Positions 57,611 to 64,000 of a stretch of DNA of 64,000 nucleotides are shown here, in pieces (the first letter of the stretch is position 1; each line of letters begins with the position of its first letter). The position numbers and the translations under genes were made by a program. The DNA lies in the IMG/VR virus record IMGVR_UViG_3300046777_001709, positions 2,534 through 66,533 of that record; one strand, given 5' to 3'. The stretch comes from a virus. The notes under the pieces were generated by a model. The model was given only the letters and a program-made list of their open reading frames with translations. It was not told the DNA's origin and did no database searches.

Positions 57611-60289
57611 CTAGTACCAACTAATACGTACATAACCATCACCACCAGTACCACCAGTACCTACGGTATTCGTGGTTTCCTCATAACCACCACCCCCGCC
57701 GCCACCACCTTTAGAACCATCACCCCCATTTCCTGCAAAAATTTGAGAATTTGAAGTACTTAATGTTCCAGAAAGACCACCAGCAACATAAGTATTGTTT
57801 CCAAAAGTAAGTTCTTGAATAGAATTAGCACCAAAACTAGAAGTTCTTAAGGTCCAAATGATTGCATCTGTTGATGTGTTCAATACTCCACCAGAACCAG
57901 CAGCAATATAAGTATTATTATTAAAAATAATAGAATTAATTTGATTACCAGATAAACGAGAAGTTCTTAAGGTCCAAGTGATTGCATCCGTTGAGGTGTT
58001 TAATTTTCCAGATTGACCACCAACTAGATAGGTATTATTTGCAAAAGTAAGAGCATAAATAAAATTACTAGCTATACCAAAACTAGCAGTTCTTAAGGTC
58101 CAAGTGATTGTATCTGTTGATGTGTTTAATCTTCCAGTACCACCAGCAGCAACATAAGTATTATTACCAAAAGTAAGAGCAAAAATAGAATTAGTGGCAA
58201 AACCAGAAGTTCTTAAAGTCCAAGCGATTGCATTTGTTGAGATACTTAGATATCCATTTTGACCTCCAGCAATGTAAATATTGTTTGCATAAATGAGAGC
58301 ATAAATTAAATTAGCACCAAAACCAGAAGTTCTTAAAGTCCAAGTGATTGCGTCTGTTGAAGTGCCCAATGCTCCACTATCACCAGCAACAACATAAGTA
58401 TTATTATCGAAAGTAAGAGCATTAATACCAATATTACCAAAACCAGAAGTTCTTAAAGTCCAAGTGATTGCGTCTGTTGAAGTATTTAATCTTCCACCAC
58501 TGGCGCCAGCAACATAAAATGATGAATAAGTAAGAGCATTAATAGTATTAGTACCAAAACTAGAAGTTCTTAAGGTCCAAATAATAGGAGCAATTGATGA
58601 TGAACTTCCACCACCACTTCCACCACCACCATAAGACAGACCAGTAATATTTAATCCTGTACTTCCGTCGATTTGATTCGATAGAGTTCCTGATATATTA
58701 CTATAATAGTTAATTACTCCTCCAGCGCCACCAACAAGAGCAGTATCAGAAGTATATGCCCCACCTCCACCACCAGAGGTTTGAAATATTAATGTGGTAG
58801 CTGGTGCAGAAAATGCAGCAGTTGTTTGATTTACAAATCCTGGAGCACCAGTAGAACCGTTAGATACTTGGAGATAATTTGTAGAATTTTCAGGTATTAT
58901 TCCACCATTACCACCCAATGCTAAACCAGTATTACTTCCAGGACTTCCACCATTTACTGTAACTGAATGAGTTCCTAATGGTCCAGTCCAAGATATTGTA
59001 GTTCCGGCACCAGCAGTTCCAGCAGTTCCACCAGCACCGATACTTACAGATAATGAAGACCCTGTGATTTGATCTTTAGAAAGTATCCAAGATGCTGATG
59101 CTCCTCCACCACCTCCACCACCTGAGAATCCAAATATAGTAGTTGTGGAAGTTCTTAATGTTCCAGCATTACCACCAGCAAGATAAATATTGTTTCCAAA
59201 GGTAAGAGCATTAGCATTTTGATTCTCAAAAACTGCAGTTCTTAAAGTCCAAGTGATTGCATCTGTTGATGTAGATAAGAATCCAGTAGAACCCGCAGCA
59301 AGATAAGTATTATTACCAAAAGTAAGAGCACTAATAGTATTAGTACCAAAACCAGAAGTTCTTAAAGTCCATTCAATTGCATTTGTTGATGTAGATAAGA
59401 TACCAGCATTACCAGCAGCAACATAAGTACTATTTGCATAAATAAGATCATTAATACTATTATTACCAAAACCAGAAGTTCTTAGGGTCCAAGTGATTGC
59501 ATCTGTTGAAGTGGTTAAGAATCCAGCATTACCACTAGCATTATAAGTACTATTTGTAAAAGAAAGAGAAAAAATTTGATTACCACCAAAACCAGAAGTT
59601 CTTAGGGTCCAAACAATTGCGTTTGTTGAAGTGGTTAAGAATCCAGCAGAACCCCCAGCAAGATAAAATGTCGAATAAGAAAAAGCACTAATAGTATTAG
59701 TACCAAAACCAGAAGTTCTTAAAGTCCATTCAATTGCATTTGTTGATGTAGATAAGATACCAGCATTACATCCAACAACATAAAGTCCTCCAATATATTC
59801 AACATCACTAATAGTATTAGTTCCGGCAATTCCACTAGTTCTTAAAGTCCAATTAACAGAATCCGTTGTTGTTGATATTATTGCTTGAGTACCAGCAAGA
59901 ATATAAATACCGTTTGCAAAAGTTAAAGTATTACCATTACTAGCTCCAATAGCAGAAGTTCTTGAAATCCAAATACTTGCACTAACATAAGAACTTCCAT
60001 CAATATTTCCACTTGCTCCACCACCACCTGCACCAGTTGCTTCTATTAGAAATTCTTTTGCTTGTAATGGTAAGTTAAATGTATAAGTTCCCGCCGTTGT
60101 ATATTCTTGAGTTGCTTGAATTTGTTCCCAAGATACAACACTTCCATCTGTAAAGAGAAATTTATTTTCATTTCCAGAAATGCTTGGAATTAATCCTTTA
60201 CTATCCAAATATCCTTTATAAGCAGCATCAGTTCCACTTGTTACAGTAGAAATTCCTGTAATTAAATTAGAACCAATCTCAACAGACAT
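57611..60289 (-). CDS. glycine-rich virion protein with two Asp-box beta-propeller arrays
   Basis: Same architecture; ends GDGYVRISWY. Confidence 0.75.
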   Translation of the reverse strand: MSVEIGSNLITGISTVTSGTDAAYKGYLDSKGLIPSISGNENKFLFTDGSVVSWEQIQATQEYTTAGTYTFNLPLQAKEFLIEATGAGGGGASGNIDGSSYVSASIWISRTSAIGASNGNTLTFANGIYILAGTQAIISTTTDSVNWTLRTSGIAGTNTISDVEYIGGLYVVGCNAGILSTSTNAIEWTLRTSGFGTNTISAFSYSTFYLAGGSAGFLTTSTNAIVWTLRTSGFGGNQIFSLSFTNSTYNASGNAGFLTTSTDAITWTLRTSGFGNNSINDLIYANSTYVAAGNAGILSTSTNAIEWTLRTSGFGTNTISALTFGNNTYLAAGSTGFLSTSTDAITWTLRTAVFENQNANALTFGNNIYLAGGNAGTLRTSTTTIFGFSGGGGGGGASASWILSKDQITGSSLSVSIGAGGTAGTAGAGTTISWTGPLGTHSVTVNGGSPGSNTGLALGGNGGIIPENSTNYLQVSNGSTGAPGFVNQTTAAFSAPATTLIFQTSGGGGGAYTSDTALVGGAGGVINYYSNISGTLSNQIDGSTGLNITGLSYGGGGSGGGSSSSIAPIIWTLRTSSFGTNTINALTYSSFYVAGASGGRLNTSTDAITWTLRTSGFGNIGINALTFDNNTYVVAGDSGALGTSTDAITWTLRTSGFGANLIYALIYANNIYIAGGQNGYLSISTNAIAWTLRTSGFATNSIFALTFGNNTYVAAGGTGRLNTSTDTITWTLRTASFGIASNFIYALTFANNTYLVGGQSGKLNTSTDAITWTLRTSRLSGNQINSIIFNNNTYIAAGSGGVLNTSTDAIIWTLRTSSFGANSIQELTFGNNTYVAGGLSGTLSTSNSQIFAGNGGDGSKGGGGGGGGYEETTNTVGTGGTGGDGYVRISWY

Positions 60290-60290
60290 A

Positions 60291-63200
60291 TCATTTACCC
60301 CCTTCTAATATTTTTTCTAAATCCTTTATTTTTCTATTTTGATCTTTAATTGCTTCAATTAAAAGACCAACAATATTACCATAGGCAACAGATTTAGTTT
60401 CATCACCATAAACAACATCAGGAATAATTTTTTCAACTTCCTGAGCAATTACACCAATTTGATGCTCTCCATTATCTATACGATCATATTCAACTCCACG
60501 AAGAGATAATACCTTATTTAATGCGTTATCAATAGTTTTAATATTTATTTTAAGTTTTTCATCAGAATTTGCAGTTACAGTTCCACCAACAACCATATTT
60601 CCTGTTGATGGGTTAAAAGTTAATTTTGTAGAAGATACATTTATTGTAGATACCGTTCCACTAGTAGTATCATCAAATAGCAGATATCTTGTAGCATTTG
60701 TAGAAGTGTCGTCAACAACACTTATAGATCCTCCACTACCGCCACCACCAGTAATATTAATAGTAGTAATTCCTGAAACTGGTGTGGTAATTGTAGAAAC
60801 TCCCGCACCTCTAAAATCAATTAAGGTAATTCCTACACCTACAATACCCCCAAATGTTGCGATTCCAACTCCACCATTATTGTTTCCTTGAATTCCTTGT
60901 AGTCCTTGTGTACCTTGAGTACCTTGACGACCCTGAAGTCCTTGAATACCTTGAGTACCTTGAGAACCTACAGCACCTTGAGAACCAATAGATCCCTGAG
61001 TGCCTTGAAGACCCTGGAGTCCTTGAAGTCCCTGGAGTCCTTGAGAACCAACAGTACCTTGAGAACCTACAGTACCTTGAGAACCAATGGCACCTTGAGA
61101 ACCTACAGTACCTTGAGTACCCTGAAGTCCTTGAAGTCCTTGAGAACCAACAGTACCTTGAGAACCTACAGTACCTTGAGAACCTACAGCACCTTGAGAA
61201 CCAATAGATCCCTGAGTGCCTTGAAGACCCTGGAGTCCTTGAAGTCCTTGAGAACCAATGGTACCTTGAGAACCTACAGTACCTTGAGAACCAATAGATC
61301 CTTGAGTACCTTGACGACCTTGGAGTCCTTGAAGTCCCTGAAGACCTTGTGATCCAACGGCACCTTGAGAACCTACAGTACCTTGAGCACCAATTGCACC
61401 TTGAGTACCAATGATACCTTGAGATCCGATAGCACCCTGAGATCCTACAGAACCTTGAGCACCAATGGCACCTTGAGAACCAATGGCACCTTGAGAACCT
61501 ACAGTACCTTGAGAACCAATAGATCCCTGAGTACCTTGAATACCTTGAAGAGCCGCGGTAGCAATTGATTCCCACCTAATTCCAGATCCAGTTGATAAAA
61601 GAACTGAAGTAGCGGCACCGACTTGATTATTTACATCATAAAGACCTCCACGAAGTCTTAAATTACCATTTAAATCAACTTTTTGTGTTGGATCTGTAAG
61701 TCCAATACCAATATTTCCACCAAATGGAGCAAGTTCAACAGTACCATTGGCATCTACATCAATGCTTGGAATTCCGGAAACATCATTGACAGAGAAAATA
61801 GAACCAGATGTTAAATTATTGGTAATAGAGAATAACTGTCCAGCAGAACCTTCCCAAGAAAGAGTTCCATTATTTAATGTGTCGTAAGGAACAATATCAA
61901 TTACTGTACCAATTCCAACAGCACCTGTAGAGGGATTAAACTGAAGTTTTGTTGAAGATACATTTGCGGTAGTAACAATACCTGAAGTAACATCATCAAA
62001 TAAAATATATCTTGTTGCATTTGTAGAAGTATCATCAACTAGAGTAAATCCACCATTATTATTTCCTTGGAGTCCCTGGAGTCCTTGAGTACCTTGAAGT
62101 CCCTGTAGACCTTGAAGACCTTGAGTACCCTGAGAACCTACAGTACCTTGAGAACCTACAGTACCTTGAGTACCTTGAAGTCCCTGTAGACCTTGAAGAC
62201 CTTGAGTACCTTGAGTACCTTGTGATCCAATAGTACCTTGAAGTCCCTGTAGACCTTGAAGACCTTGAGTACCTTGAAGTCCCTGTAGACCTTGAAGACC
62301 TTGAGTACCTTGAGTACCTTGTGATCCAATAGTACCTTGAAGTCCCTGTAGACCTTGAAGACCTTGAGTACCCTGAGAACCTACAGTACCTTGAGTACCT
62401 TGAAGTCCCTGTAGACCTTGAAGACCTTGAGTACCCTGAGAACCTACAGTACCTTGAGAACCTACAGTACCTTGAGCACCAATTGCACCTTGAGTACCTT
62501 GAAGTCCCTGGATCCCTTGAGAACCAATAGTACCTTGAACTCCAGGATCTCCTTTGTCACCAGTTCTTGCAAAAGTTATAATTATATCTTCATTATTATC
62601 AAAAGCAACTGCACTTCCAGAAACATAAGAACAAGAAACATCAAAATATCCAGTTTTTTCAGTTACGCTTGAAATTGTAAAGAGTGCAAAATCAGAAGCA
62701 TTTAAACGATTAGAAATGCGGAAGTGACCTTTAATTGTTGAAGTACTATCATCAATTGTTCTTAAGAAAGGTTGTATATCTGTCGAATTATCATCCTGGT
62801 CATCAATATAAAGATTTAAAGCAATTGTAATATTAGAACTATTAAATTTAAGTCTTCCAATTCCAGGATCACTATCAACAGTATTAGTATCAAAAGTATA
62901 GTTAAAAGTAGCACCACCAAAGTTTCCTTCAGCACCTTGAAGACCTTGAGAACCAATAGTTCCTTGAGAACCTACGGTACCTTGAGTACCTTGAAGTCCC
63001 TGTAGACCTTGAAGACCTTGAGTACCCTGAGAACCTACAGTACCTTGAGTACCTTGAAGTCCCTGTAGACCTTGAAGACCTTGAGTACCCTGAGAACCTA
63101 CAGTACCTTGAGTACCTTGAAGTCCCTGTAGACCTTGAAGGCCTTGAGTACCCTGAGAACCTACAGTACCTTGAGTACCTTGAAGTCCCTGTAGACCTTG

Positions 63201-64000
63201 AAGACCTTGAGTACCTTGAGTACCCTGAGAACCTACAGTACCTTGTGATCCAATAGTTCCTTGAGTACCTTGACGACCTTGAAGACCTTGAGTACCCTGA
63301 GAACCTACAGTACCTTGAGTACCTTGAAGACCCTGTAGACCTTGAAGACCTTGAGTACCCTGAGAACCTACAGTACCTTGAGTACCTTGAAGACCCTGTA
63401 GACCTTGAAGACCTTGAGTACCCTGAGAACCTACAGTACCTTGAGTACCTTGAAGACCCTGTAGACCTTGAAGACCTTGAGTACCCTGAGAACCTACAGT
63501 ACCTTGAGTACCTTGAAGACCTTGAGTACCCTGAGAACCTACAGTACCCTGAGAACCTACAGTACCTTGAGTACCTTGAAGTCCCTGTAGACCTTGAAGA
63601 CCTTGAGTACCCTGAGAACCTACAGTACCTTGAGTACCTTGAAGTCCCTGTAGACCTTGAGTACCTTGAAGTCCTTGGGTTCCCTGAAGTCCTTGAGTAC
63701 CCTGAGAACCTACAGTACCCTGAGAACCTACAGTACCTTGAGTACCTTGAAGTCCCTGTAGACCTTGAAGACCTTGAGTACCCTGAGAACCTACAGTACC
63801 TTGAGTACCTTGAAGTCCCTGTAGACCTTGAAGACCTTGAGTACCTTGAAGTCCTTGGGTTCCCTGAAGTCCTTGAGAACCTACAGTACCTTGAGTACCT
63901 TGAAGTCCCTGTAGACCTTGAAGACCTTGAGTACCCTGAGAACCTACAGTACCTTGAGAACCTACAGTACCTTGAGCACCAATTGCACCTTGAGTACCTT
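60291..64000 (-). CDS. collagen-like long tail fibre with C-terminal peptidase S74 chaperone (5' end beyond window, >1230 aa)
   Basis: Frame checked at 60.6, 62.0 and 63.96 kb is the same and open; three (G-X-Y)n blocks; SDEKLKINI...GVIAQEV...VAYGNIVGLLIEAIK. The track reports only the last 101 aa. Confidence 0.88.
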   Translation of the reverse strand, partial: GTQGAIGAQGTVGSQGTVGSQGTQGLQGLQGLQGTQGTVGSQGLQGTQGLQGTQGLQGLQGLQGTQGTVGSQGTQGLQGLQGLQGTQGTVGSQGTVGSQGTQGLQGTQGLQGTQGLQGLQGTQGTVGSQGTQGLQGLQGLQGTQGTVGSQGTVGSQGTQGLQGTQGTVGSQGTQGLQGLQGLQGTQGTVGSQGTQGLQGLQGLQGTQGTVGSQGTQGLQGLQGLQGTQGTVGSQGTQGLQGRQGTQGTIGSQGTVGSQGTQGTQGLQGLQGLQGTQGTVGSQGTQGLQGLQGLQGTQGTVGSQGTQGLQGLQGLQGTQGTVGSQGTQGLQGLQGLQGTQGTVGSQGTIGSQGLQGAEGNFGGATFNYTFDTNTVDSDPGIGRLKFNSSNITIALNLYIDDQDDNSTDIQPFLRTIDDSTSTIKGHFRISNRLNASDFALFTISSVTEKTGYFDVSCSYVSGSAVAFDNNEDIIITFARTGDKGDPGVQGTIGSQGIQGLQGTQGAIGAQGTVGSQGTVGSQGTQGLQGLQGLQGTQGTVGSQGTQGLQGLQGLQGTIGSQGTQGTQGLQGLQGLQGTQGLQGLQGLQGTIGSQGTQGTQGLQGLQGLQGTQGTVGSQGTVGSQGTQGLQGLQGLQGTQGLQGLQGNNNGGFTLVDDTSTNATRYILFDDVTSGIVTTANVSSTKLQFNPSTGAVGIGTVIDIVPYDTLNNGTLSWEGSAGQLFSITNNLTSGSIFSVNDVSGIPSIDVDANGTVELAPFGGNIGIGLTDPTQKVDLNGNLRLRGGLYDVNNQVGAATSVLLSTGSGIRWESIATAALQGIQGTQGSIGSQGTVGSQGAIGSQGAIGAQGSVGSQGAIGSQGIIGTQGAIGAQGTVGSQGAVGSQGLQGLQGLQGRQGTQGSIGSQGTVGSQGTIGSQGLQGLQGLQGTQGSIGSQGAVGSQGTVGSQGTVGSQGLQGLQGTQGTVGSQGAIGSQGTVGSQGTVGSQGLQGLQGLQGLQGTQGSIGSQGAVGSQGTQGIQGLQGRQGTQGTQGLQGIQGNNNGGVGIATFGGIVGVGITLIDFRGAGVSTITTPVSGITTINITGGGGSGGSISVVDDTSTNATRYLLFDDTTSGTVSTINVSSTKLTFNPSTGNMVVGGTVTANSDEKLKINIKTIDNALNKVLSLRGVEYDRIDNGEHQIGVIAQEVEKIIPDVVYGDETKSVAYGNIVGLLIEAIKDQNRKIKDLEKILEGGK
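60885..64000 (-). repeat. three collagen-like repeat blocks (~60885-61550, 62065-62550, 62930-64000)
   Basis: Units GTQ, GLQ, GTV, GSQ; higher-order period of ~63 nt at the right end. Confidence 0.95.

Noticed and set aside
53300-59970. Regularly spaced ~20-nt DNA repeats resembling a CRISPR array
   Set aside because: Period is ~120 nt and in frame, encoding WTLRT propeller blades; the 'spacers' are homologous to each other. The Cas4-like gene at 38 kb is a standard T4-like exonuclease.
60291-60596. Standalone 101 aa S74 protein as given in the ORF track
   Set aside because: The frame continues open upstream to the window edge; it is the C-terminus of the collagen fibre.

Overview
AT-rich segment of a T4-like cyanomyovirus (Kyanoviridae-like) genome, almost all on the minus strand. 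From left to right: (i) an early-type region (1-4.3 kb) with an RNA ligase 1 gene cut short by an antisense NUMOD3 homing endonuclease, small ORFs, an SF2 helicase and three copies of a palindrome+hairpin+(-10) promoter motif; (ii) a tail-fibre/adhesin region (4.3-23.6 kb) with 2OG-Fe(II)/cupin oxygenases, two glycine-rich gp38-like proteins carrying Cys-rich inserts, each followed by a 6-Cys DUF6171-like gene, tRNA-Ile(UAU), tRNA-Leu(UAA) and a collagen-like fibre; (iii) the T4 core baseplate/replication block (gp5, gp27-like, lysozyme-M23, gp51, gp26, gp54-like, gp4, gp2, gp48, gp53, mom-like, gp32, gp59, gp33, exonuclease, phoH, thyX); (iv) an NtcA box + glnA-type glutamine riboswitch + DUF4278 ORF; (v) a ~10 kb glycosyltransferase/methyltransferase cluster directly downstream of three paralogous Asp-box beta-propeller/glycine-rich proteins and a >1230 aa proline-poor collagen-like fibre that runs off the right edge. 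All family assignments come from motif recognition by eye; no database searches were run.
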